Assembly: GCA_004431415.1 (NCBI GenBank)
Contig: QPMI01000032.1
Span: 1 to 64,000, forward strand
Direction of reading: 5' to 3'
From: Cyanophora paradoxa CCMP329
Lineage: Eukaryota; Plantae; Glaucophyta
Length of the DNA stretch: 64,000 nucleotides
Shown here: positions 13,101 through 26,500 of the stretch, in pieces
How the letters are laid out: every line of letters starts with the position of its first letter
Position numbering within the stretch: the stretch's first letter is position 1
Program-made: the position numbers and the translations under genes
The notes under the pieces: generated by a model
Database searches by the model: none
The model's input: only the letters and a program-made list of their open reading frames with translations
What the model was told of the DNA's origin: nothing

Positions 13101-16100
13101 CGAGCCGGAGCCTCGGGCGGGTCGGATGGTCTCCGCAGAGGTCCAGACGGCCGCCCTCGTGGTACCCCCGGCCCCTTCTTTCCCCCCCCCCGGTCCCTGT
13201 TCCGACTCGGGGGTACAGGCGCGGAACCGCTACGTGCAGACGGACGATGACCCCGAGCTCGAGCTGCCCCGCGTGCGTACCCCCCTCGCTTCTCCCTCCC
13301 CCCTGCTATCTGAACGTCCGCTCGGGCGGCACAGCTGCGGCGGGGCCCGCAGCTGGGGGCGCCGGCGCCCGGTACCCCCGGGGGCATCCCCTCCTTCAGC
13401 GCGGACGGCGACTCTTCCGGGGGGGTTCTCACCGAAGCCGCCCTGGAGAAGGCGGCGGCCGGGGAGGCGGCGGTCGCCGCCGCCGGTGGCGGCTCCAAGC
13501 CGGCCGAGCTGCCGAGAGCGCACTCGGGCGTCTCCGTGGCGCCCTCAGCGGTCGGGTCGCTGGCTCCCGCCAAGTCCGCGGCAAAGGCCAAGCGCGGCTC
13601 CGTCGCGTCGGCGCTGCAGGCCCCCGGCTCGGGGGGCGACCGCAAGAGCTCCGTCGCCGCCCGCCGCTCCCGCGTGCGTGCGAACGAAGCAGCGCATTCG
13701 GCGCAGCGTCCTCGGCTGCTTAGCTTCTTCGGCGCAGTGGTCGGAGGCGGGGGGCTCGCCCCTGGAGCGGAGCTTCGCGGAGGGCGGAGGCGGCGACGCG
13801 GTGACGTCACTGGACCTGAGTCTCAGCGCCGCCTCTTTGGGGCTGCTGGGCCCGGGCCCCGCCCCGGAGGCCTCCCCCCAGGCCCCCGCCTCCTCCCGCT
13901 CCCGCGCCCCCAGCGAGGGGAACAGCAACGCCCCCGGCACGCCCGGCGGCTCCCGCCCCGGGCCGGGCGCGGCGGGCCTCGGCCTCGGCCCGCCGCCGCC
14001 GCCTCGCTGCCGCCGGCGTGGCGCCCGCTGCTGGCCGAGTGGCGGGGCGCGCCGTCCCCCATGGATCGCCGCAACGTCCTCGCCCTCATCTCGGTGCCCT
14101 TTCTAACCCGTGAACTTAAGCTTCCGGATTAGTACAGTAAACGTCTTAGTAAACTAGGACCCTAGAACTCTTTCCTTCTTTTCTTCTTCTAGACTGCAAC
14201 TCATACATCTCTTTTTATGCCCTTTCTTCTTAAACATCCTTGAACATTTAATCCTCTAACTAACTTCCTCTTTTTCATTCTCAGGCGATCTACCGGCACC
14301 GGGAGGAGGCGATGGAGGCGCTCATGGCGATGTCCTCCACCGCCGCCTTCGCCCACGGCACCCTCTCCCACTCCGGTGCGCGTCTACCTTCTTCGCTTCC
14401 GAAGGAGAACAATAAGGAGAAGGAGCCTAGCAATTGCAAGTAGATCCTTCGCGTCGGGGTTCCACCACGCAGGGCGATGGAACGCTAACTAACGCCTCAC
14501 GAATGCCGAGCCTCACGCGCTCCCCCCCCCCCCCCCCCCCTCCCTCGCCAGGGCTGCACACGGCGCCGCCGCCGCCGCCCCTCCCCGACGTCGCCGTGGA
14601 CGCCCTGACCGCCAAATTCGGCTACCGCCACCGCTTCGCCCGGGTACGTCGTTGTTGTTGTTTCTCTCTTCAAGGCCTGCTTCTGCTCGCTGAGCTCCTT
14701 CTTCTTCTTCTTATTTCTCCCTTAGGGCCTGGCCGAGTTCGCGGCGGGGGTGCGCGCCAACACCGCCGAGAACCACCGCGTCCGCCTGTGCGCTCCCCTC
14801 TCCCACCCCTCCAATGCGAGCCGACGCGATGCGACCTGATCTCATCGTCCCTCCCTCCTCCTTCTCCCCTTCCTCCTCCTCCTTTCAATCTGCAAGGTTC
14901 GCTCGCTTCTGCTTCTGCCACCCCAATCTGATCTGATCCGATCTCGCCCCTCCTCCCCCTCAGGTTTGCGCGCTTCTGCGGGATGATGACGGAGTGGAGC
15001 GAGACGCAGGGCCCCCTCTCCTGCCACGCCCTCACCGTCTACCTCCAGGTCCGTCCGCTATTTTTAGCCGCTGGCGCGGCCCAGCATAGCGTAGCGTAGC
15101 GTAGCTTGGCCAGCACGTCCCAGCGACGCCTGGCCTGCCCTGGCCTAAGGGTGAGCTCTCTAACTAACCTCTCTCTCCCCGCAGGTGCACGGGGCGCTGC
15201 GGGCGGCGATGGCGCGGCGCGGGGCCGTGCCGCACGCGCCGGCCCCGGCCCTCGAGCTGCTCGTCCCCGCCGAGGCCCTTGAGGAGGCCCTCGCCGCCGC
15301 CCTCGAGTCCAGGGTCCGTTCGTGCGCGCTTAGGCGGCTCAGTTGTACGATTGCCGAAGCGAGATAAGATAGCCCTTCAAGACATGCATCCCGCCCCAGA
15401 GCCGAGCCTCATCTATCTTTGCCTCCCGATCCCTCTGTAACCCTCTCCTCGGCTCAGATGGGGGCGGGGAGCCTGGCGGCCGTCGTCTCTGCGGTCCGAG
15501 CGCACGCCCCCGCGGTACCGGGGGCGCCCCCGGGGTACGTCTGTCTGCGGTCCCCGCACCCCTTGCTTTCTACCTACCCAGCGCCCGGCCCGCTAGCTAG
15601 CTCTCCGCCCCTAGCTAGCTAGCTCGCCTAGCTAGCTCCCCTTACATCCCTTGCCTCCTACCTATACCCACCGGGGCCGGCCCACCGGGGCCGGCCAGGT
15701 ACGTCTACGCGGAGCCGAACATCGAGGGCGCCGTCGAGCAGTGGCAGCGCGAGCACGGTGCGCCCTCCCCCCTTCCTTCCCTTTCCTTCTCTAGGACTTC
15801 CGGCGCACCCTTCCCTTTTCCGTCAGAGCTGGGCCCAGAGCTGCGGTTGCGGTCCTGCCTGACACGGTCCCCAGAGCTGCCGGACACGGTCCTCATGAAG
15901 CTCCTCCGCGACTTCGACGACAGGCGCGCAGCCGTAACCCCCCACCCCCTCTGATCAGATCCGATCCGATCTGACCGGGTCCGCGCCGCGCAGCCGGACG
16001 GGGGCGATCTCGGCGGCGCAGTTCCTCGCCCTCTGCCGCCACCTCCACCCGGGCCTGCCCCCTGACGCCGTCCGCCCCTACCACCCCCCCCCCCCCCCCC

Positions 16101-18401
16101 CCCCCCCCCCAGCCGCCGCCCCCCGCCCCGCCCACGAAGAGGGAAAAGGGAAGAGGCTCTAGCGATTGAATTGGGCTCTAGCTATCTAGAGGCTATCCTC
16201 GCCGTGCGTGGAAGGGGAGCGGCTCCCGGCGGCCTTGACATCTAGGCTAGGCACTCGCCCACGGGACGATGTCGAAGCGAAGAGAAGGGAAGAGGCTCTA
16301 GCTATAGAGCTGTGGACATGCGCGACAGCCGTCCGCCCCCACCCGCTCTCAAGGAAAGAGAGGAGACCATCTAGAAACTAGAAGCGCGGCTTAAGGGCTC
16401 GCGCCCCTCCCGCGCAGGCGCTGCGGATGTACCGGCAGAGCAGATCTAATCTCTAGAGGCGCTGCAGAACTTTAGACTAATCACTAGATGTACTAGATGT
16501 ACCTGGTGATCGGAGACTAGATTCTTAGCTCGCGCTCCCCCCTCCCGCGCGTGCGCAGGCGCTGCGGATGTACCGGCACGCGACGGAGCAGGCGCCGGGG
16601 GCCCTACCCGGCGCCGACGCCCTCGTAGCCCCCGACCGGTCCGCCCCGCCCCGCCCACCTTCTCCCAGCTTCTCCTAGCCTCTCCCAGCCTTCACCCGGC
16701 CTTCTCGGAACTCAAGTTTGGGCTAAGAGGCTAGGGTCTTCTCTAGCTCCGCCGCGCCCCCGCCACGCTGCGCCCCAGCTCACTCCACTCGCTCGACCCT
16801 CGCTCACTCAGGTTCGTGCTGTACGCGCGGGTCGGGGGCCTCGCCTCGTCGCCCTCGTCGCCGGCTGCGGCGCGCGCGGCGGCCCCCGCCGACTTCGACC
16901 AGCTCGAGGTCGCCTGGCGCCGCTCGGGGGTGCGCGCGTTTGTTTCTGTCCCGCGTTTCCAGCCCCGCCCCTTGCACTTCCCTTTTCTCCCTTTATTCCG
17001 CGCTACGGTTACCCCCCCTCCGCCCTGCTCCCCGCTCCCTTCCATTCCATCCGCTCCCTTCTGGACCGCTTCTTTCTGGGACGGCCGCCCGCCGTACCCC
17101 CCGCCGCCCCCTTCCACTCGCTCCCCCCCCTCCATAGCTTCGCTTCTCAGCTTTGCGAGCGCGCTGTACCCCCCCCGCTCACCTTTTCCGACGCCCTTCC
17201 CCCTTAGGCGTGGGTCGAGCGCGCCCTGGAGACCCTCGACAAGTACCAGGCATGCGCACGCGTACCCCGCCCTCCCCCCCCCCCCCCTCTTACCCCGCCC
17301 CGGCAGCCGGCGGAGATCGACCTGTGGGGCGCGAAGGACGTGGGCAAGCCGGGGCCGGCCGACGTCGTCCGCCGCATGGGGCGCTCCCTCTCCACCGTGC
17401 GCTACGCCCCGAAAGCTAAAACATAGCTAAAGACATCAACATAAACATAGCTAAAACATAGCTAACATGGCTAACTAAAATGGCAAGCGAAGCGAGGCAA
17501 GCTAGTGGCCCCGAACTAGACTCAAAGAGCTGATATATATAGTAAACTAGAGCCAATAGGCGTCCTCAAAGTCCCCCGGCCCGGCCCTCGCCCCCCCTAT
17601 CGGCCTTCTAGCAAACCTGTCGAAACGACGGCCCCGCCCTAGCTACGCTTACTCGCTGTAACGTGGACCAAGCCTTGGCTGACGACACCCCCCCCCCCCC
17701 CCCCTCTTTCCCTCCCTCCCGGCGGCCGCGCAGCTGCTCTCGGCGCGCAACGACTTCGAGACGGCGCTCCTCTGCTTCCTCCAGCTCATGCGCACCCTCC
17801 GCGGCGCCGTGCGGACTTCCCCCTCACTCGGCTTAACTTCCGCTCCGCCTGAAGCCCCCCTTCTAAAATCTAGCGATGTCATAGATACAAACGCTCATGC
17901 GCACCCTCCGCGGTGCCGTGCGGACCTTTCCCTCACTCGGCTTAACTTCCGCTCCACCTGAAGCCCCCCTTCTAAAATCTAGCGATGTCATAGATACAAA
18001 CACTCATGCGCATCCTCCGCGGCGCCGTGCGGCCCCCCGCCCTCCCCTCCCCTCCCCTCCCCTCCCCTCACTCTCCGCTGAACTTCATCTCCCCTCTAAA
18101 TCTCGGAGCTCCCAAGCTTCCCCTCCCCAACTAAAATAGAAAACTAAACTAAGACCCTCTATAACCTCTCTATATAAACTTCCCCTTCCCCTCTAATATA
18201 AACTAAACTAAACTAAAGCCCCTCTATAAACTCTTGGAGCTCCCAAGCTTCCCCTCCCCAACTAAAATAGCCGCCGCGCAGCTCGCGGAGAAGGGCGCGG
18301 TGGACGCGGTGGACGCGGCGCTCGCGGGGGAGGGCCCCGCCGCGCCGGCGCCGGCGCCCGTCCCGGTCCTCCAGCTCGCCCCCTCCGGCTCCGGCTCGTA
18401 G
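7112..18401 (+). CDS. Large multi-exon coiled-coil protein with an axonemal dynein light chain (p28/AXDND1)-like segment and a C-terminal EF-hand-like motif; candidate ciliary protein
   Basis: ATG 7112 to TAG 18399-18401 across >25 exons. AELYNVAFDEALA/QVCEACQGAAADHLRSAW (~8160-8345) resembles the ELYSQCFDELIRQVTINCxERG motif. Coiled-coil exons (RELLRARNHITELESELATMR; ERLALLNRIEELEGENRR). Spliced LLRDFDDSRTGAISAAQFLALCRHL (15895-16050) is EF-hand-like. Confidence 0.55.
17785..18030 (+). repeat. ~110-bp tandem duplication (about 2.3 copies) spanning an exon end/donor site
   Basis: ctcatgcgcaccctccgcggcgccgtgcgg...tctaaaatctagcgatgtcatagatacaaac repeats at ~17785, ~17894 and partially ~18003. 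Differences are mostly CG>TG/CA. Confidence 0.85.
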
Positions 18402-18833
18402 CATTATCAATTGCAAGTCATGCGCATCAATATATGTGATTTCGCACACTCGAAATCGCTCGAGCTCGCGATCGTGATGCGTTCGTGGGGCTCCCGTGAT
18501 CGTGATGCTGGGGAAGGGGATCTAGATCTATATTTGTAGTGAATAGCGAGGCTCCCCGGTGCCAGTCCGGTGCATGAGCTCTCCGGATCATTTTTGATAT
18601 TAATAATTTGATATTATAACAGATACACAACAGATGTTGGACGCGCCGCGATTACGGCCGATGCGCGCTACAGCCGCGGCCGCGGCAACGTTAACGTCAG
18701 TCCAGGTTGTGACAGCAAGTGTCCCTACAGCTATGTACAATGCAGTCTACACTGTGAAATATGAACGAAAACACGATATAAAGCCTGACACCTCGTACGC
18801 GTGCGGCGTGTGTAGACCTCACTCTCTACTCGC

Positions 18834-20500
18834 CTACAGGCTTCTATATCTGATCTCTATGCCCTTGTCGAGGTAGTTGCACTCGTAGGTACCGCATTTC
18901 CCCATCCAGCGGAAGGAATACACGGAGACGAAGAGCTTGGAGCCGGTGCTCGTGTAGCGCGCGGCAGACCCCGAGGCGCTGTCGTAAATGTCGGAGACGG
19001 TACCCTCGAAGCCGATTTCCTTTATGAGGCTGGCGGAGCCGTCTTCGCCGTCGCGGAACTGGGCAGGATGCAAAGAAAGATGAGCGGGGGGTGCTTTCAA
19101 GGACTGGAAATCCACGCACCTGCATTCGAAGCCCGACGCGGTTCATTTCGCCTTTGAAAGACATGGCATCGGAAGCTGGATCCTGATAATACTGTGCGTA
19201 CGACAGATAAAACTCGATATTTCCCGTGCCATTTCCCGTGCCGACGTCCGCCGTGATGCGCCTGCGGCGAACGCAAAATCGGTGACAGAATCCAGATCTA
19301 ACAAGCTTAAGTCGACGTCGATCCGAATACTCACCAGTGCGTTGCCATGTTGGACGTGGCATTGAATGCAATCGCAGCCTCGGTCGCAGTCGCTGTGACT
19401 GCTGGCGGATTCACAACCGCGAAAGCTGCCTTGAAGCCAGTGAAAATCGGAATGCCGTAAGTGGCCTGCTGCTGATCTCCGACAGCGTTCCACCGCGGAC
19501 TTGTCTTGAAGCTGACGACGATACGGCTGGTCGGAGACACGAATTCCCGCCCGTAGTCGAGGTCAAACAGCCCATATTGCGTAGCGTTTGGTGAAGCCAG
19601 GAGCGAGGGCGGCGTCCCGGTCGTATTTGCGAAGTGCGCCGCGCTATCAAAGCTGTAAAGCTGCGCGCGGTCTTCAGAATTTGGGACACTTACAGGATAA
19701 TTAAGTAGGCATAAGCTCAGCGCACAGAAACAACATCCGGACAATCCCCCCAGGAGTCCTTGCATTGCAGGTGATTGGTTCCCCAATTGTATTCACTGCT
19801 GAAGACGTCCACCGTGGAGAAAGAAATTTTTATGAGGGACCCCGTCGGCGCATCCACCACCCTGCGCGAGCGGTCGTGTCGGTGCGTAAGCAGGGTTTAG
19901 TTATTTGATCTCCGCTTTATTTCGACTCCTCGTACCAGGTCGATTCCTTATTGAGGAGGTACCCGCTCGCGAAGGTGTAATCGAGTTCCTTGGTGGGGGC
20001 CGCGGAGGAGAGCGCGATAAGCTCGAAGCTCTTGACTCTGGCCGTGAACCCTTGAAGGTTCTTGTAGTTGTCCGAAGTGAAGCTTAGGAAGAGCTTGGAC
20101 TTGAGGACGCGGAGCGTCGTCTTCTCGGGTTGCCCCGACAGGAAGCCGCTGAGGCGCTTAATCTCGCCGCTGTCATCGGATATCTAGGTTCAAAGCGTTC
20201 GCCCGCGCCGGATTAGAGGATGGAAACGAAGGCACATCGCAGGATATTTCGCGTTCCCTCACCGAAACAAAATCTCTCCCATACTCCGTTGAGAACGTGG
20301 TGAACTCGAGCATGAGTCCATGCCCTGCTGGCGCGGTGATGGTCCTGCAAAATCGCTGGCGTCAGAATTGAAAAGCGCGCAGGGCAAGGCAGGTGCGCGA
20401 CCGCACCACTTCTCGTCGGCGTTAATCTTGTAGCGTGAGGCACCACTGCTGTCCTGGAAGTTCAGCCACGAGTTCGAGTTCACTTCCAGAAGAGTCGATC
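18834..20500 (-). other. Three tandem CUB-like domains at the receptor C-terminus
   Basis: A: YKINADEKW|TITAPAGHGLMLEFTTFSTEYGRDF..ISDDSGEIKRLSG..KLFLSFTSDNYKNLQGFTARV. B: VVDAPTGSLIKISFSTVDV..FVSPTSRIVVSFKTS..FTGFKAAF. C: ..YTSTGSKLFVSVYSF..KGIEIRY*. Confidence 0.8.
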
Positions 20501-23500
20501 CGTCCGAGGCCTTGGGCTGCGAATTCAAGCCCCCGCGTTAACGTTCGCAACACTCATGATCAAGGCTGCAGCGCGGACTAACCGTGGCAAACGAAGCCCA
20601 ATCAGCGCCGCTGGGTAGAGGGTGCGGCGCGATCCAGTCTTGGAAAGCGAGTGGCGTATTCACGTCCTTTGTGCCGACAAGGCGGAACGACTCGAGGTCG
20701 GGCAGTGGCGGGTCGGATTCGGCAAGCGACGTGGCTTCGGCCACGGTCTCGGGAGATTTTCCCGAGTCGCTTTGAACGAAGGCCCGGCACGAGTACTTCG
20801 TGAGAGGGGCGATGTTGGTAATGTTGGTCTCCGCGACGAGCAAGCTCGGCAGGACGCTCGACCTGCGTTCGTCGCTTCAACGGTCGCGACCGTCAGGGAA
20901 GAAGCTAGGGCGCATGCGCACCAGTACCGCCGCGACGCGCCGCAGTCCAGTGCGAGGTGAGGCTGGGCGGGGCTCGCGGTTGGGTACAGGTACGGCCGAC
21001 CCGTAATCCGCATCGGTTGCTCTACCGTTTGTGCGCTCTGTCCTTCCGCAGTGCACGTCACCGTGGCCGTCTTGGGTGCATCGTCGCCCGAGAACGTGTT
21101 GAAAACGAAGACTGTCAGTATTCTAGCTACGGACGTGCCGACGCGGATATTCTCCGGGACGATGCGGACGATAGGCGCCGAGGGAGCAACAGTCTGGCGC
21201 GGGGCATCCGGAGCCGCGTAGAGCGCTGCGGAGGTATCTTGCGCCTGGGATGTGAAGTTCGCGCACATCTTCGACTGAGCGCTGGATGCCGCCGTCCCGT
21301 TTCCGGTGCCGTAGACGCTCTCAAGCTCGGACGGAGAGAACGTGCGAGAAACGAGACCGCACGCCGCGCGGACGATTGTGTCTTGGGTTAGGTCCTGAGC
21401 ACGAAATAATGAGACAGGAAGGAGAATTCAAACTTACATAATATATTTTGCATCAATATTAATGTCGGAATGCGCATACCATGATGCGGAGGGCGAAGTT
21501 GCCGAGCATGTCCCGATACCGCAGCGCGACGTACCGCCTGCGGAACTCTGAATACTTTACGAAGCTTTAATTTCGAATAGCGGCGCAATGCAAAGGGCAC
21601 CCGTCGTCGCTGAGAATGGCCCTGGCCGGTAGAAGCTGGCCTTCGTCGACGTACCCGTCGTTTACGGGGATGCTGCGAGCGTTCTCAAAGGCTCGCGGGC
21701 CGTCCTCTAGATCCACGATGAGCAAGACCGTGAGAGACTTCCAGATCGCCAGGAAACGACCTACGCGCGTGTTTCAGTCACCGAAATTATCACCAAACGA
21801 AATTCAAGGAGACGAACCATTTTTAGAGGCCCGCGGGCCGTAGCGGCTGCGCTGCGCGAATCTGAACTGGATTGTTGGCGTTGGTTCGCGGTCGGGCAAG
21901 TAGTCGGGTTGCTCCGCCAGTGAGACGTTTACTGGGTCGAGATCCGACGACGCAAAGCCGCGCGCGGCTATCGCATCGACGACCCACAGCGTGCTCCCGT
22001 CCCTCGAGATGTAGAACGAGCAGTCGACTGCAGGTCTCGTCAGCTCGTTTGTGGCGCGCGCGATGCATGTGCATCACGCGGGGCGCACCAAACCCTGTGC
22101 TGCTCCTCGTGTTCTTTGCGAGGCGATGCTTGGCGTTCTGCGGCCATGGCCAGGGACGCTTGGCATTTCAAAGATGATGGGCGTATTAGAGAACGCGCGC
22201 ACCTTGAAATCGAAGTTGTAGTCCTCGTCCTGATCCTCCGTTTCGTCGTACTTGGCTTCCAAGCTGAGTTCAGGCGCCGCGAGATCTGTGAAAAATATAC
22301 AGGCACCTTGTCAGATCATCGAAAACGGAGCTAACGAGCTTTATATTGTGCTTGCCTGAGGTCTGCGGGAGATGCCGATAGACGTCGGGCTTCTCGACGC
22401 TGACCACCAAGATGGCGCGGCGGAGGTCGACGACCAGAAGGCCTGCAGTCTCCCAGAACGCCAGACGCCGACACGACCGAAGGCGCTCCTCCTTCAACGC
22501 TGCCTTCTTCGGCACGGGCACTATCGCCGACTGAGGAACGCCCCAGCTGCCGCTCTGCAGATGTGAATGAGCATCACAATGCATATATGACATCGATCGT
22601 ATCCATCGAATCGCGGACGCACGTCGTACTGAGCCACAGCCAGCATCACAACCTCTGCGGCCTCGGAGAAGCCCGAACGGCTGCCGGCCACGGAGCCATC
22701 CTTCGGACAGAAATGAGTTCCCGAAGGGCAGTTGGGCGCGAGGCCGATTGCCGTAAAGTTCTCGTTCTTCGGGATTTTCGTGACGAAGTGCTTCCAGGAT
22801 GGCTTCTCGTCGAAGATGATCGACATAGCACTGAAACAAAACGCGCAGCGTTTTCCGGCGCTGTCAAAGGCGGCAGCGTGTTGCACATCTTCGAAAAGAA
22901 GCAAGAGTCGGTCAGAACAAAGCGCAACTGGTGATCAAATATCGGCAGGCACCTGCCATCTGTACATGAATCGGGTTCGCATTGCCGCTGTGATCTCTCT
23001 TCCATTCTAGCAGGACTCTCGACGGGGTCCACAAAGGTTCGAAAGCGTCTCTCAAGCTCGGCTTTGCTTCAAAGATAGCGAAAGAATCCTTCGTTCCATC
23101 CGGGACCCGCGACTCCTACGCCACAGATTGTGAGTCAGAGATGACGGGCAGGGCTGACTAATCGCATGACTTGCCACGTACCTGGGAAAGTTTGTAGATG
23201 ACTCCGGCCATTGCAGCCCACTCGCCGGAGGCGTCGAAATCCATCGGCTTGTACGGCTCCGAAGGGGACGGGAAGAAGTTGGCCTGGTGCCCTCCAAGGA
23301 GCCCCGACGGGGCAGGTCGCGCGTAAGTCGAGTCTGGATACGTGGCGAACGTTTGCGGGTCGAAAGGCGTTGTTTCCCCGGCGAACGGCTCGAAAACGTG
23401 CGGCGCAGAAACGGTCGCGCCGGTCGACTCGATAGTCTTCGTGGACGCCGTCCATGGCCAGGGCTGGGCCGCGCTATCAGTCCGCCACGTCCTGCGCAGG

Positions 23501-26500
23501 TCGCGAAGCGATAAGAGACATTAACATTAACAGTCTAACAGATTCAGTATTTGACACACCAGCGGAGCGCGGGGGCAATTATGTTGGGGAACTGGCAGCC
23601 CCTTCCACTGGCACCCCTCAGCAGCGTCCCTCCGGTAGCGTTTAACGCCAAGAGATGTCCTGTTTTCGGGTGCTCGGCAAAGACTGCGCGTGGAGCGAAG
23701 GCGAGTGCGTGTGAGGGTTTCTGATTATATTATTCGGCATAAAGGTTTAGAATGCAATTCTGCAAAATCAGCGCACATCGGTACTTGTTGGAAGCGTCGT
23801 TGCAGTCTCGGCACTGGTCGCGGAACTCGAATACAGGCCGCCTGAATTTGGGGTGGGCAATCGCGACTTTGGGGAAACAACGCACAAGAAACTGACCCCA
23901 AAGTCGCGTCAAGAGTGTGCTGCATGGTTTGGATGCGGACAGGCTTGAGAATCTGGGTGGGCTGAAGCCGGTGGAGTTGATTCGAGTCCGGCCCGTCCAG
24001 TTCCCAGTAAGCTCCTATGCTCTGTCCGACGAGAAGGAAGTGGCAGTTGCCTCCGTTGGTGAGAAACAGGCCGCTGCGACGATCGACATTTTTAGTTGTT
24101 AACCCGCGTCATCATTCGAAGATGACCGATCACCTGTTTGGCCCAAGGTTGTTCTGAAGAGTGGAATCGTATCCTGCATCAAAGACGCTGAGTGTCTTGG
24201 AGTTCTCGTCGAAAATCGACTGCAGCACATTGCCATCGAAGAGAGCAGGGGACTGCACGCACAAGCTGTCAGAGTCAGACACAGAAAGGCAAATGCCAAA
24301 GAAAGCTTGCCTTGGTCTGGATCGTGATGCCCCCGCTGACCTTTCGAAGCCCTACCCGAGCGAAGTTTCCGCCCGAATCGGCAGCTATGAAATCCGACGA
24401 GTCAGAGGACCCGACGAGCGAGCGGATGTTGTCGCTCAGCGGCTTCAAAGTGATCTGAAGGCGCAGCGTCAGATCACGCTTTATATGCAGCTCTCCCACA
24501 ACAAAATTAAAAGACAGCACCTCGTGAATTCTTCGCAGGTCGCTCGACGGCCGAGTGTCGTGCACGGAAAACTCCCCGTTTGACTTTCCGACGGCCACCA
24601 GAGGTCCTCCCCCGAGCAGCAAGACCTGAGTATCCGAAGAGAAATCAAACTCATGAATGTGAGAATGATACCAGATAGACTCACCGACATGGCCTTTCTG
24701 CGCAGGTCGGATGCGGATCCCGTGTATGCAAAGCCGCACTCGAGATCCGCCACCTCCCTGCACGAATTCGAAGAAGCTCATGCACAGCTCATGCACACAT
24801 ATATGATGTGAAGGACACTAAATTAAAGCTAGCGAAAAGCTTCTCACCAGAAAGCAGAGTCGGCGTTAGCCTCTCCGTCTTTCAGAGGTTCCAGTGGAAT
24901 GAACACGAGCTGGTGCCGCACGCACGAGCCCGCCTCCGTCTGAGCGGACACGGATTTCCGTAGAGCCAGGGCTCCCAGCCCGCCAGCATCCGATTTGGAC
25001 TGCGCATGCGTGTCATAGGTTAGAGGGCAGTGTATGGTGCACGTGGCCGCTAAAACCTCCCATGGCACGGACCGTCCGCTTGTCCTGATCGTAATACATG
25101 AGGTCGATGAGCACAATGTCTGAACGAATTCGAAGGCGTCACAATGTCATGAAGCAAAATTAAATATTTACAGCTTATATAATTAAGGTTGCGCACCGGG
25201 ATCCGCCGCGTGAACGTTACCAGGCAAGTTTTCGCGGAACGCCGGGTTGTTGCTAAGGGAGAACTCGAAGGGGTAGACTCTGCGTTCGGCGGCGGTGGTG
25301 GCTGCTGCATTTGAACCCGATGCGGCTCCAGATTCGGATGCGGTGAAGTTTGTGCCGAAGATGCCGTACTCCTCTTGATACCAAAGCGTGCAGACCACAT
25401 CCTTCGAGATGCCGCAGCGTGTTTGTGCCGCGCTGATGCTCAACGTGTTGCACACAACCTCAATGTCGTTGCAGTCGACTTGACTGTCCCGGTCGGGGCA
25501 GTAGAAGTAAGAAATGTGCGGGCAGTAGGAAGCAGGTTGCGAGCAATAGTAGTCTTCGTAGTAGCAATTATAATCGAAGAACTGCAGAAGATTGCGTTTG
25601 TGGCCTTGACGCCGGGCCGCCCGGGCGATGCGTGGCGTTGGCTTGACGCTTGGTGTCCGATCGCGACGCCCTCGCAGCATCCCCCGCTTCCGAACCCCCG
25701 GAGAGGAGGTGGGGTACGGATCGGGCGAGCTCGTGGTGTACGGGTACGGGTCGGGCGAGGTGTACGGGTACGGGTCGGGCGAGGTGTACGGGTACGGGTC
25801 GGGGGACGTGTACGGGTACGACCCGTAGGGGTCGATGGCGGCGCTGAAAAGGTCGTTAAAGACCTTGGCGTCTTCGTCCGCCAGACCCTCGAGCGACACA
25901 GAATCAGGCACGAACAGCGTCTGCCCGAGCGGCTTCCAGGGCGTGAGAGACGCCAGGCTCCCCTCAGCCAGCTCGCCCTCCTCGTCCACACTGGGCCCGT
26001 CAAAGCCTCCAAGGACCAGGATCGACATAGAATAGTTCTGGTAGGTCTTCGTGCTGTTGAAGCGGCCCGGAAGAATCTTCTTCGGCGTGTACGTCGCGAA
26101 GAGGTGGTACGAGTGCGTGTCAAGAGTCGCCTCCTTTGTCGAGAAACCTTTTTTAGGTTTATTTCATTAGCGCTTAAGCTTATAATAACGTTTACTGTTT
26201 ATTTCATTAGCTTCGTTTGCGCACGCACCGTCCTGGCGGACGACGCCCACGACGGCGGAGCAGTCTCCCGCGACGCGGAGGTCGGACATGCCGAACGAAG
26301 CCTGCATCGCCGGGACAAGGTTGCGGTAGTACGACCCTTGGTCGGTCGTGCGGCGGTAGCCGTTCTCCGTGACTTTGACTCCGGATATGTCAAGGGAATA
26401 GTGCGTGTATGTCGCCTCGAGAGCAGCCGGGGAGACCGATGAGTCCGTCAGCGAAGCCACCGGGATGAAAAAGAAGCTGCCCTCGCCGGCCGCAACCAGG

